Below the pieces are notes generated by a model. The model had not been told where the DNA came from. It did no database searches and worked only from the letters and a program-made list of their open reading frames with translations. Of a DNA stretch of 64,000 nucleotides, positions 22,504 through 33,110 are shown piece by piece. Numbering within the stretch: the stretch's first letter is position 1; the number at the start of each line of letters is the position of its first letter. Made by a program: the position numbers and the translations under genes. This DNA is from an uncultured Phycisphaerales bacterium (GTDB taxonomy: Bacteria; Planctomycetota; Phycisphaerae; Tepidisphaerales; Tepidisphaeraceae): positions 672,001-736,000 of the forward strand of contig CAWJPJ010000006.1 of NCBI GenBank assembly GCA_963844715.1. Direction: 5' to 3'.

Positions 22504-24411
22504 TCAAACCGCCAGGTAGAAAACGCATCCCCAGTAGCTGCTCACTCGATAGTTGTTTAGCCAGTAATTCGTGACTGAGGCCGTTGCGGTGCCGTTGATG
22601 AGGTCGGTCCATACGCCGTTGACGGGGAAAGGGATGTTTGTGTACTGATCCACCCACGAGCAATTGAGCACGACGATGAAATGATCGACCTTCCCGGCCG
22701 CGTTGTTTCCCCACCGGTGATAGATGATCACCTGGCCGGGCACGTCAATTCCGTATCCACCCGGGCCGAAATCCGTCTGGCTCTGGTCGTAGTTGTCGGG
22801 ATAAAAATTCGGCGAGCGCAGGCTGGGATATTTGTTGCGCAGGCCGAGCAGCAACTGGTAAACCGCCTCGATCTGCGTTCCGATCGCGTCCGTCGCCTGC
22901 GACCAGTCGAGCGGACGCGGATTGACTCGCTTCTGCGCCGCCGGATAGTTCGTATCATCCTCGGGCATCCAGATCGACCGGCCGAATTCCTGACCGTTGG
23001 CGATCATCACCGCGCCGGGGCAGGTCGCCAGCGCAATCAGGTACGGCTGCGCGCGATACCACAGCGGCCGCCCGCCGGCATTAAACGCGAGCGACGAATG
23101 ATCGTGGTTTTCCAGATAGATCACCGGCCCGATTGGAAAGTTGAATTGATACGCGCTGTTGAGCACGCGCAAATAATTAGTCTGGGGCTGACTTCCATAT
23201 GCCAGATATCCCGCCGGTTGCCCGGTTGGGTCTTCACCGGCGGGGTAAGACCGGAAGTTGTCGAACCAACCGTGAGTGGCCCCGATCGTGTTGGTGTCGT
23301 TGACCACCCGGAAGTCCCACCAGTCCTCGAGAATAAGCGGAAACGTGGGGTTGTTCTTGCCGGCCAAATAAGTTTTGAGATTCTTGATCAACGCGGGCAC
23401 CCCTTCGGCGGGGACGCTTGGATTGTCGTATCCCGAGACCTCATCAAAGCGAAATCCATCCACGCTGAACTCGTCGATCCAATATTTGCACACGTCGGTG
23501 ATGAACTGCTGCGTGCACAGGTTGCCATATTGCAGGGGCAGGCTCCCAAACGTCGATGCGGTCGTGAAATTGCCGATAAACGGACACTGGGACGGATCCT
23601 GCCACAGAAAATAATAGGGGAAACCGCGCGTCGCCACGCCGGCGGATGCGTGCTGGAGCACGATGTCCAGGATCACCATCAATCCTGCCTCATGACAGGC
23701 GGAGATCATGTTCGCCAGGCGCGATAGCTTCTCGAGGGGCGCGCTGACATTGCGGTCGGTGACGTAAAAATACTCCGCCGAGAAGAAGTATGCGGGATCG
23801 TATCCCCAACTGTAGGTATCGGAGTCCGGCCAGGCGACCCACGGCATGAACTCGATTGCATTCACGCCGAGCCCCTTGATGTAGTTGAGTTTGCTCGCAA
23901 TGGCATCGACAGGCGCTTGGGTGTCGGTGCGATACCCCGACGTGAAGTCGTCGATCATCAGTTCGTAAATCACCAAATCCGCGCCGCCAACGCGCTTGGC
24001 GGGGCTCAGCGGCGTCACGTTGACGTCCGAGCCGCCGATGATGAACGCGGAATTGTCGGAGTTATTTCCGCTGTACTTGGTGCACGGGTCGCCGACCCAC
24101 TGCACAGCCCCGTTCTCGAATGTCACGATATATTTGTACTGGTAGTACCCGTCCGGAGTGCCGGGCGGCAGCGGAGCCTTGAACAAAAACCCGTTTGCCG
24201 TGTTTGACCTCGACATCATCAGCGGCGTGGTGGCATCCCAATCGGCGGAGAGCCCGGCGGCCTTCTGAAAATCCCCTACCACCCCCACCGTCGCGATCTG
24301 GCATGGACCGCCGATCGAATACTGGGTCGGGTCGATCGTGTTATCGGGAACGAAGAGCTGAAAACCGTACTCGCCGCCCGGCCACTTGCCGAATCCGAAA
24401 GTTTCGTACAT
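22504..24411 (-). CDS. Glycoside hydrolase family 13 (alpha-amylase family, branching enzyme/trehalohydrolase-like)
   Basis: IYEL, LGVNAIEFMP, SWGYDP, VILDIV, VDGFRFD, YLENHD. Confidence 0.88.
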   Translation of the reverse strand: MYETFGFGKWPGGEYGFQLFVPDNTIDPTQYSIGGPCQIATVGVVGDFQKAAGLSADWDATTPLMMSRSNTANGFLFKAPLPPGTPDGYYQYKYIVTFENGAVQWVGDPCTKYSGNNSDNSAFIIGGSDVNVTPLSPAKRVGGADLVIYELMIDDFTSGYRTDTQAPVDAIASKLNYIKGLGVNAIEFMPWVAWPDSDTYSWGYDPAYFFSAEYFYVTDRNVSAPLEKLSRLANMISACHEAGLMVILDIVLQHASAGVATRGFPYYFLWQDPSQCPFIGNFTTASTFGSLPLQYGNLCTQQFITDVCKYWIDEFSVDGFRFDEVSGYDNPSVPAEGVPALIKNLKTYLAGKNNPTFPLILEDWWDFRVVNDTNTIGATHGWFDNFRSYPAGEDPTGQPAGYLAYGSQPQTNYLRVLNSAYQFNFPIGPVIYLENHDHSSLAFNAGGRPLWYRAQPYLIALATCPGAVMIANGQEFGRSIWMPEDDTNYPAAQKRVNPRPLDWSQATDAIGTQIEAVYQLLLGLRNKYPSLRSPNFYPDNYDQSQTDFGPGGYGIDVPGQVIIYHRWGNNAAGKVDHFIVVLNCSWVDQYTNIPFPVNGVWTDLINGTATASVTNYWLNNYRVSSYWGCVFYLAV

Positions 24412-24542
24412 GGCGATGATCTCGACTTGGAATGCGCGGCGCCCGGTTCGCGGGCTATTCTGACATCTTTCCCGCCGAACGCAACCTTTTGACTACATTA
24501 CCGGAGTCTTAATACACGCAGGACAGGAGTGTGGCGCATAAA

Positions 24543-24586
24543 TGCGCCACGGAGGACTTGAACCCACAACCGTCCGATTGAGAGTC
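24543..24586 (-). repeat. Degenerate copy of a tRNA 3' half (att-like island boundary)
   Basis: 36/44 identity by hand alignment to 33187-33230 (3' half of tRNA-Lys), same orientation. Confidence 0.8.
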
Positions 24587-24672
24587 GCGACCGGCACCGG
24601 CCGAAAAGCGCTCCAATCCCTCCGGAACGCGGCGGATGCGCCGGCCGGCGGCTGATCGGGTTCACCTTTTAC

Positions 24673-25315
24673 TCAGTCGTCGTTCTCCGCCCCACCCCAG
24701 ATGCCTCGAATTCGCTCGAGCTTTCGCTCGACCGTCCTGACCGCGCAATCCATCATGCCGGCTCCCGCGATTTCTTCGTTGGTGTAGCCGTCCAATTTCC
24801 ACAGGGCGATCCGCCGCAATGGATCGTCCAGCAATCCCAGCAACCGACCGACTTCGATCATTGAAATAACATTCTCGTCCGGACCTGGAGAGGCGGCGAT
24901 TATCTCCTGAAGCGGAGAGACTTTATTGGCATCGCCCGGTGCGCGCAGCGGGCTTCCACTCCATGCCGACGTTTCGACCGGCGGAGCGATGTCGATTGAT
25001 TTTGTTGCTGACCCGCCGATTGGTGATCGTGACCAGCAATTTCCACAGATCAACCCGATTGTTCAGGTCCTTGTATTTCTCCGGCGTATCGCCGCTGGCG
25101 AGGACGCGATAGACGCTCTGGAGGACATCTTCCTCGTCTTCCCGGTGGCGAATGCCGGCCCGCTCGAGGCGGCGGCGCGCGATGGCCAGCAGATCAAGCG
25201 CATCGCGCACCCAGAGTTTCGCCGCCGCATCCTGAAATTGCGCGCGGTCGGTGGTCTTGAGTTTCTCGATCAGGAGGGTGACGGAATGGGAAACTGTTTG
25301 GTGCTCGGGATCCAT
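24673..25315 (-). CDS. Planctomycete-type ECF sigma factor (frameshift near 25060)
   Basis: SVTLLIEKLK...AAAKLW, DEEDVLQSV, DLWKLLVTIT; C-terminal LRRIALWKLDGYTNEEIA...RTVERKLERIR. Confidence 0.85.
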
Positions 25316-25419
25316 GGGATTGCCCTGGCACGGCATGCGCGGTCGAGCGCACGAACGGCACAACCATCGACTCGGCAAGCGCTTGCCTGCGTAGGCTTGA
25401 TATTCAGCAAATCGTTTAC

Positions 25420-25655
25420 CAAAGAATACTGAGCCTCGGGAGGACCTTCCCCTTGGACACAATCTGTCCGGACTCGGTCTGCATCCATCGCACGATGTCA
25501 TTAACTTCCCCTGCCTCTTCGAGATCTGCCACGATCCGGTCGATGGGCCAACGGCATGAAACTCGCCACTGATATCGATGATGTGAATCACCGGGTCAAG
25601 ATAATCGTCGTGGAGACCTATGAGCCGGCGGAGGCGATTGCGGATGCGGCTGTTC
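25420..25655 (-). pseudogene. Middle and C-terminal fragments of a putative Mks/Wadjet-type condensin non-SMC subunit
   Basis: RIRNRLRRLIGLHDDYLDPVIHIIDISGEF, then in another frame PIDRIVADLEEAGEVNDIVRWMQTE; resemblance recalled, not searched. Confidence 0.4.
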
Positions 25656-25774
25656 TTGGTTTGACAGCACGCAGTTGTCAAAACCAATGGATTGTGAAAT
25701 CTGGCAAGATTATCATGAAGTCGATGCTGTCGGCGCTCAATTCATTGGGCCGTGGCGTCTGACTCGGAGGCCCC

Positions 25775-26260
25775 GTGGCATATCAACTCATCTTACTCGG
25801 CCCCCTTGCCATAGTTCGCGCCGCCGATCTGGAAGCCGCATTTAACGCCCGGGTCGTGGATATCGGGCTCACTCCAGGTGTAGATACGCACGTCCTTATA
25901 ACCCCAAATGATTCCGACATAGATTGGAAGGGGGCACCGGTCGCCATGTGGCTTGGACAGCCCGGCAAGGCCAGCTCAAATTCCGAGCTTGAACTCCTCG
26001 ATAAGCTACTGGCTATGCCCGCACCCGTGTTTCCGGTTGTCGAGGACCGTGGGCAGTATCACGCGGCGGTTCCCAATTCCCTCTATCCGATAAATGGCGC
26101 CCAATGGCTTACCAAGTCAGATCTAGCCCCTCTGGTGGCTGACGTTTTTCGTGCCATGCGCCTAACTCGCGTGCAGCACCGCGCCTTTATCTCGTATCGC
26201 CGAGACAAAACGCTTGGCGTCGCCCGACAGCTGTTCACCGAGCTGGGATTACGTGGATAT
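25775..26260 (+). pseudogene. TIR-domain protein, truncated just inside the TIR domain
   Basis: GGAGG RBS plus GTG; AFISYRRDKTLGVARQLFTELGLRGY, after which the sequence becomes the antisense of the neighbouring gene. Confidence 0.7.
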
Positions 26261-26636
26261 CATCCTCCTCAGCGAATTCCCTCCCGCGCTCGATGACCTC
26301 TGCGCAGTTTTCCAAATCCCGCACCAGTTTATCCATTGCGCGGACGGAAGCTCGAACGATTTCGGGAGTTGCCAAGGCATATAAGTTTTGCAATTCGCGA
26401 AAGAATCGCACTAGGTAAGAGGGAATGGACCAGTCACCCGTGCCGCAGGTCAGGATTCCAATATCCTTCATCCGGCCGATCAATCGAGCGGGATTGGCGT
26501 CACCATCGGTGAATCTCCGCACAAATGCGGCAATTTCATCGTCATTGCCGAACCGCTGCCGTTCGGCGCACATCCCGGCGATTATCCGATAGTGGTCGGA
26601 AAGAAAGCGGACGAATTCGACTGGATTGCGCGGCAT
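26261..26636 (-). pseudogene. N-terminal fragment of a putative Mks/Wadjet-type condensin non-SMC subunit
   Basis: MPRNPVEFVRFLSDHYRII...LVRFFRELQNLYALATPEIVRASVRAMDKL; ends abruptly at the TIR fragment. Confidence 0.45.
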
Positions 26637-26714
26637 TGCGCATATGGACGCTCCCTTCTTAGTGAAGCGTATCCAATACTGCGAAGATTGCCATCTTCGC
26701 GCCAAACGAAGCCT

Positions 26715-27949
26715 TTAATGGTGCTGATCGGTGGATTGAGACATATCGCCTATTGCAACAGGCGCATATTCGCGCTGAAGTTCCGCTTTCAATTGCGTCT
26801 CGGAGGGAACATGAAGTTGGTAGCGGCTGGCGAATACGTTTTTCCGATATCCTTTGCCCAACGTGTAGCGCACCACGGCCTCGTTTTTGTCAGTGCAGAG
26901 GATCAATCCAAGCGTCGGTTGGTCGCCCTTCGTTCGGCGTTCCTCGTCATAATAATTCACATACAGTTGAAGCTGACCCAAATCCTGATGCGTGAGTTTG
27001 CCTACTTTCAGATCAAGCAACACGAAGCATTTCAAGATGGTGTGATAGAAAACGAGGTCAATGTAGAAATGATCGCCATCAATTGTGATCCGTTCCTGCC
27101 GGGCAACGAATGCAAAGCCTTTGCCCAATTCCAGCAGGAACGCTCGCAGGTTGTCGATGAGCGCTTGTTCCAGATCCGTTTCGACGAGTTTCGGAGACGC
27201 TGGCATCCCCAGGAATTCCATCACGGCCGGGTCTTTGAATATGTCCGCAGGCTTCTCCACTTCATGCCCCTTTGCGGCCAGCGCGAGAGGCCCTTTTTGC
27301 CCTTGCTCAGCGCCAACCGTTCGTAAAGGAGACTGTTAATCTGCCGCTCCAATTCGCGCACCGACCAGCCGTTCTTAATCGCCTCAATCTCGTAAAATGA
27401 TCGTGCCTCCGCTTTGTCGACGCGAAGCAGTGTGCGGTAATGCGTCCACGACAGATGGAGATGCAAAATGCCGGGTTTCCAGAGTCCACCCTGTAAAGGA
27501 TAGTGAATCAGCACCGAAGCCGGGGCCGGTGTTTTGGCACGCGCCGCGCCGGCCGGCGTTTTTTTTCGCGGTGAATCCAATTGCCCACGCGGTGCGTGGG
27601 CAATTTCAAGCAACTTCACCGCCCCCGATTCCCCACGCGCCGCGTGGGCAATGCTGAGCGATACCAACCTTGGATATGTGAGATAGAAAGCCCGGAAATG
27701 CTCCAGGTTGTTCTTAGTAAAGCCCCGTTCAAAATCTTTGGTTAGACGTTCGGCGAGATCGGCAATCAACCGTGTTCCATAATCCGCTCGTCTCTGCCCG
27801 CCCTGTTCCTCCTCCACGATCTCCCGACCGATCAACCAATTGGCCACCACCTGCGTCGAGTTCACCGACCGCGCAATGTTTGACCGGGCCGATTCGAGAA
27901 TGCCTCTGATACGGTCGTAAATGGCAGTCGGTTTAGGTGCCTTCATCAT
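26715..27949 (-). CDS. DUF1016/YhcG PD-(D/E)XK nuclease family protein (frameshift near 27285)
   Basis: NWLIGREIVEEEQ, LSWTHY, WSVRELERQI, KDPAVMEFLG, FLLELGKGFAFVARQ, GQLQLYVNYY. Confidence 0.92.
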
Positions 27950-27977
27950 CTGCCTTTCCCGACCTGTGCGCCTAACA

Positions 27978-28031
27978 GGCTCGGATCACAATCCCTGCTT
28001 CGGTTGTCTTGCCCAGTCCAACTTCATCAGC
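27978..28031 (-). pseudogene. Micro-fragment of an SNF2/RapA-type helicase (motif I)
   Basis: Minus strand translates to ADEVGLGKTTEAGIVIRA with no surrounding ORF. Confidence 0.65.
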
Positions 28032-28176
28032 CGGGATGCTCAAGACGGGGGAGCCAAGTGCCCGACCGGATGCCTTCGGATGATATCAGATCGCATCGTT
28101 TTGAAGCCAGCAAATGGCGCGGAATAAGGCGGCGAGCACACATCACGACGAGAAATCTGAAAACAGTTGTCATATC

Positions 28177-29146
28177 TCACGTGTCGTTCTTTATTTCGTG
28201 GAGCACATAATCGTTCTTGCCGAATCCTTTGACCTCAACGATGCTGCGGACGGTTCGGCCTGGTCGCGCGTTGGTGCATTCAATGAAGATAAGCAGATTC
28301 ACGGCTGACGCGATGGACCGTTTGGGAACGATCTGCGACGCCTCGCCCACCAAGTCTTCGATGCGCCGCAGCGCATCGGCGGCCGAGTTTGCGTGGATCG
28401 TTGCGACACCGCCGGGGTGGCCAGTGTTCCATGCCTTTAACATCGCCAGCGCTTCTGGTCCGCGCACCTCACCGATGATGATCCTGTCCGGTCGAAGGCG
28501 AAATGTCATGCGAAGCAAATCGGTCATCGTCACTCTCGGCTCGGTATTCTTCGTAAGCAACTCAACCTTGTCGTCCGCCGGACATTGAAGCTCCTTGGTG
28601 TCCTCAATCAGGACGATGCGGTCGCTCTTGAATGGCGGCTCCGACAGGATCGCGTTGACCAGCGTGGTTTTTCCCGATCCGGTTCCGCCCGCAACCAGAA
28701 TGTTCTTTCGTTCAACCACGGCACGCCGGACCACATCGGCGCCATCCGCCGGAAGAATTCCCTTGGCCACATAATCGTCGAGGGTAAACACAATCGACGC
28801 GCCGCTTGCGGATGGTGAATACAGGTCGCTCGGCCAAGGGTGGCAACAATCCCTGGAATCGCTCGCCGCTACGCGGCAGTACGCCAGCCACGGCTGGCCG
28901 CTCGGGCGTAACGGTTTCTCCCATGTGGCTGGCCAGCAAACGAATGGTCGTTTCCGCCGCCGGCGGTTCAATTCGGCCAATCTTCTCCCGTCCGACGCCA
29001 GCCCGATCCACCCACAACGTTCCATCGGGGTTCGCCATAATTTCCACCACATCAGATTCGGCGAGGGCATCAGCGACCAGTGGCCCAAGCGCGTGGTACA
29101 GGCTTTCTTGATGACGGTGATGAACGGTGCTTGTGTTGGACGCCAT
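28177..29146 (-). CDS. trbB: P-type conjugative transfer ATPase TrbB/VirB11 (frameshift near 28800)
   Basis: VVEIMANPDG, GERFQGLLPP, FTIRK, AGGTGSGKTT, LRPDRIIIGEVRG, AWNTGHPGG. Confidence 0.92.
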
Positions 29147-29404
29147 GATTGACTGCCGCCTTCCGTTCGTTCGATTACTTCTCGTTCGTTCGCCCGAATA
29201 GTCCCCAGCTCTCGCGCTCGTGTGAGAGTTGCCGGGATGCCGAATGCGGTGCTGCGTGCGCGGGCGATGGCCGCCGATCACTGAGCACCGACAGTTTCAA
29301 CCGCGATCGAATTCGCCGTCTGCTCCGATTGGGCAGATTTCGCAGCGGCGTTGCTCTGTGATGATGGTTTCCCTGCCTCGGACTCCGAATCAAGGGAGGG
29401 AATG

Positions 29405-29806
29405 TCACTCAAGAATCGACTCACCCGTGCGAAGATTTCTGGCTAGCAGGTCCAGAAAACGATGGAACCGTTGCTTGCCGCTCAGCAGCGCCGCCGTCTT
29501 CAGAGTGTCAGGAATTGCCGTTGTATGATTGAAGAATGATCGCATCCCCAGGCCGACCATTTCCTTCAGCACCTGAATGTCGAGCCGAAGCTGCTGCTCC
29601 AATCGCCGCACCGCATGGAAGTTTCGGTCGGCGGCCTTGAGGATTTCCTGTTCGCGCTCACTGCGATAGCTGGACAGCAGCGATTCCTTCGCCGCCTCGG
29701 CAAGCGCCGCCGAGAGAGAGACTTTCATCTCGCTCGCCCGCTGTTTGGCGGCTTGCAATACCCGTGGGTCCAGCCGGACCGTGACTTGAACGCGATTGCC
29801 TTTCAC
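29405..29806 (-). CDS. CopG/ribbon-helix-helix protein of the traG-trbB interval
   Basis: RHH-like N-terminus; located between traG and trbB; GTGA overlap with the traG stop. Confidence 0.7.
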   Translation of the reverse strand: MKGNRVQVTVRLDPRVLQAAKQRASEMKVSLSAALAEAAKESLLSSYRSEREQEILKAADRNFHAVRRLEQQLRLDIQVLKEMVGLGMRSFFNHTTAIPDTLKTAALLSGKQRFHRFLDLLARNLRTGESILE

Positions 29807-30325
29807 AGGTCCCCCTTCGCATCATCCCGATCCCCGCCGTCGATCTCCTGCTCCAATTCCGCCTCGTCCGGCTCGACCGAACCACGAACTAACGCCGGAT
29901 CGAAAAGTGGAATTGTCGGCGGAGCGGGCAATGGCGATCCCTTCGCCCGCTCGCGCAGCCAGTCAATCGGAGGTTTGCCCGGACCATTCAGGTGCAGCGA
30001 TTGATCTGGCGCCGGCAACACCCGCGCCATGAACGTCCGATCTGCGAAATAGCGAAGCTTGCGGGTTCGCATTGGTTTGCACCCAGTTACAAAAACGAGT
30101 TGGTCGTCCACCGGCAATTCCCGGATATCACCGGGCGACAACAGCGGCCGGACATGCTCGCTGTGACTGATGGTTCGGGCGGCCCAATGCCGTCCCGGCT
30201 GCGAATAGCTTTCCCGGTACTCGGTGACGGTTCCGGTCATCTGGCTTATGCGCTGACACGTGACCGTGTCGGCCGCGGCGAAGGTCGTCAGAATGTGGCA
30301 GTTGTCCAGGATGGTGTTGTTGGTC
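29803..30325 (-). pseudogene. traG: Type IV coupling protein TraG/VirD4, C-terminal fragment only
   Basis: NNTILDNCH, RPLLSPGDIRELP, KLRYFADRTF; the 5' part including Walker A is absent. Confidence 0.85.
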
Positions 30326-30330
30326 ACCTC

Positions 30331-31027
30331 AGCCCCGTATCCACAATCATCAAGGGCGTAAAGCGTGCGATGGCGGGTGAATATAGCCGCGAACTTTCAA
30401 ATAAGGTCTTCAAAGGGCAATGCAGACTGATTCAACTTGGTTACCGACAGGGTGGGCCTGCCGGATATGGGCTTCGGCGAATGCTTCTCGACCAGGCAGG
30501 CCAACCCAAGGGCCTTCTGAAGCGCGGCGAACACAAGAGCCTTCAAACGGATCGTGTGATTCTAGTGCCAGGAGCACAGGAAGAGATTGATGTTGTTCAC
30601 TCGATCTACCAGCGGTTTGTCAAAGAGGCCAAATCGGAAGCGACGATAGCGGGCGAGTTAAACGCCCGCGGCGTGTCGTCAGGATGCGATCGGCAATGGT
30701 CTCGTGGCATGGTCCATCAAATTTTGGTCAACGAAAAGTACATTGGAAATAACGTTTACAATCGCATTTCTTTCAAGTTGAAAAAGAAAGCGCGTTTGCA
30801 ACCCCCCAGAGATGTGGGTCCGAGCCGATGGCGCATTCGATGCCATTGTCGATTCCGAAATGTTTTTCACGGCGGGGGATCATCCAAGAACGCAATCGCA
30901 CTTTCACCGATGAGGAAATGCTAAACCATTTGAAAACTCTCTTGGCTGTCCATCCCGATTTGAGCGCGGCCCTGATCGACGAGACTGAAGGAATGCCGTC
31001 AAGTTCCGTCTATCGAACTCGGTTCGG
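30331..31027 (+). pseudogene. Large serine recombinase, internal fragment
   Basis: SPVSTIIKGVKRAMAGEYSRELS, GGPAGYGLRR, NEKYIGNNVYNR; no N-terminal catalytic Ser domain. Confidence 0.85.
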
Positions 31028-31420
31028 TACCCGATTGGAAATCTTGCGCAAACTTGGATGCCAGGAAGTATTGTGCCTTGTTTCAATGGATGATGAGGCC
31101 TTCACGTATAATCATAAGGTGAACACCGTTCAACCGATCCAAGAGCACTTCATGATTATGAAGGCGCTGCAAAACGGCGTGTCCGAAGAACGGATTGCGG
31201 CAAGCCTCAACGTTGACGTGAAAGCTATCCGAACTAAACGCGATTTGCTGAACGGAATTTGTCCTGAGGCAATTGAAATACTCAAGGAAAAAAGGGCAAC
31301 GGCGGCAGCACTTCGCGAAATGAGGAAGGTCACTCCAATGCGGCAGATTGAAATGGCGGAACTGATGGTCGCGGCCAACAACTTTTCAACTTCCTACGCC
31401 GAGTGTCTTGTTGCTACCAC
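31028..31420 (+). pseudogene. ParB/RepB-type partition protein, internal fragment
   Basis: DDEAFTYNHKVN, IQEHFMIMKAL, GVSEERIA, LLNGICPEA, RQIEMAELM. Confidence 0.8.
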
Positions 31421-31615
31421 AACCATACCACCAAATCGCTCGTGGAACGACGCTGCCAAATGAGCTGAAGTAAAGGATCCACCAGAACCTACTGCAATAA
31501 GAGGCAAGAATCTGGACTCGGTGATAGCGCGGATAATTTGCGTGATATCAGCATCGATTGCTGCTGAATAGGTGCGGCTCAATGAAAGAAGTTCATTCTG
31601 ATATGGTCTTCCCAA
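31421..31615 (-). pseudogene. N-terminal fragment of an SIS-like domain protein
   Basis: MGRPYQNEL...LPLIAVGSGGSFTSAHLAASFHE, then runs into the antisense of the RepB fragment. Confidence 0.5.
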
Positions 31616-31784
31616 GGTCTTGGCTCCAATTCTAAAGCGCGCGATGACTTATAAAGACGCGCCGGATCAATTATATCGGAACGTTGGGCCCGCGGCGACG
31701 TGCAGAGAAGTGTTTGAGAATTAGCACAACCACAACCCGCAAAGTATTGTCCGGGTTTACTCAAGATTTACGATCTATGACTTC

Positions 31785-33066
31785 CTATCCAATGGCCGCC
31801 GCGATTTGTCTGGCCGCCTCTGAATTTTTTTCCGCGTAAATTTCGGTGACGTTCAAAGTGGCATGGCCAAGAACATGCTGCGCCGCCTCGATACCGAAAC
31901 GCTTGCGGATTTCGGTTGCCGCGCTATGACGTAATTGGTGCGGATGCCAGGCATGGGCATGATGCCACTTTCTCAGCTCCGCGCTGCTCCCCGGTCAACC
32001 GGAGCTTCCAAGCGCGTATTGATTCGCCATCCATTTGGCCCAGCGGCGGTGGCGGTTGGAACGCCAATTCGCATGCCGTAGCAACTGCCCGGTGATAGCT
32101 CCCCACCTCATAGTGGCTCTTGGGTCGCCGTTTTGGCTGGCGTTTGCGATTCGTGCCGATGGTGTTGCCGTAGTTGGGGGGCGTTTTGCGTTTGGCGTGT
32201 TGGTCTTCCCGCCGTTCACGTTCGGCTTCTGTCGGAGAGAAGCAGTAGGCAGCAGGATCGAGCCGAAGAAAGGGCCGTAATACACCCTGTGCCTTCGGGC
32301 CGATGAAAATGTTTCGGTGGTGGCCGTGGTGAGCCGTCTTGTGACTTGAAGGGGTATAGGTCCAGATTTCGCCGTTACGGTCGATATCGCTTGTTCGCAT
32401 GGCGCAGATTTCACCTGGGCGGGCGCCGGTCAAGCGCTGCAGTTGCACCATTGCGGCAACTGTGCGGGAGAGGACTTTCAGAGTGGCGTCAACCGTTGCG
32501 TCCAGGACGGGTTTCACGGGCTCGCTTTCCTGGGCGTTCGTCCTGCCGGCGCGTAAACCTGCGAGGGCCGAAAGCGCATGGTGCACCGAAGCCGGCACGA
32601 GTTCCTTTGCGACTGCCCACTTGAATATTCTTTTGATCCTACCCACGCTGATATTGATGCTCCGGCGCATCCAGCCCTTTTCGATCATCGCAGTGCGAAT
32701 AGCATCTAAGGCAAGAGGGCCAAAATCGCGGGCTGCGGTCGGCCCGTATAGCCGATTCAAAATTGCGAGCGGTGGCTTGTAGGATCGGATTTCCGACGTG
32801 GGCGATCCGTCGGCGTGTCTGTAATAGGTCTGGGCGTGTTCCCAAAAACGGGCGATCAATTCGGTGACGGTAATATCGTTCAAACCGGAGCCAGGCGTGC
32901 GGCGACCACCAGCGAGCCATATGCCCACCAAGCGGTCATACTCCGCTCTGGATGCCTGCGTTTTCCAAGGACCAAGGTAAAAGTCCTTCCCATCTATTGT
33001 GACGACGGCTTGTCCTGTGGCCTTGTGCTTACGATACGATGGATTCCGATTGATGAGTCGTGGCAT
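31785..33066 (-). CDS. Tyrosine recombinase/integrase (planctomycete type; frameshift near 31980)
   Basis: GGAGGT RBS; PSYRKHKATGQAVV arm domain; TGARPGE; after the shift HQLRHSAAT...LGH...TEIYAE. Confidence 0.92.
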
Positions 33067-33090
33067 TGCGGATACCTCCAATCCAAGCCA

Positions 33091-33110
33091 AAAACGGTAA
33101 TTACCGTTTT
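33091..33110. promoter_or_regulatory. Perfect 20 bp palindrome upstream of the integrase
   Basis: AAAACGGTAATTACCGTTTT. Confidence 0.6.

Noticed and set aside
24543..24586. Functional tRNA-Glu (CTC)
   Set aside because: No D arm or 5' acceptor strand, and the T stem is mismatched
26256..28087. Inverted 10-mer GGATGATATC near two island junctions, and GGTACC/GGTCACC at two others, as a common recombination or restriction signal
   Set aside because: The motifs differ between junctions, GATATC is frequent in Asp-Ile codons here, and the 28080 junction is not precisely located
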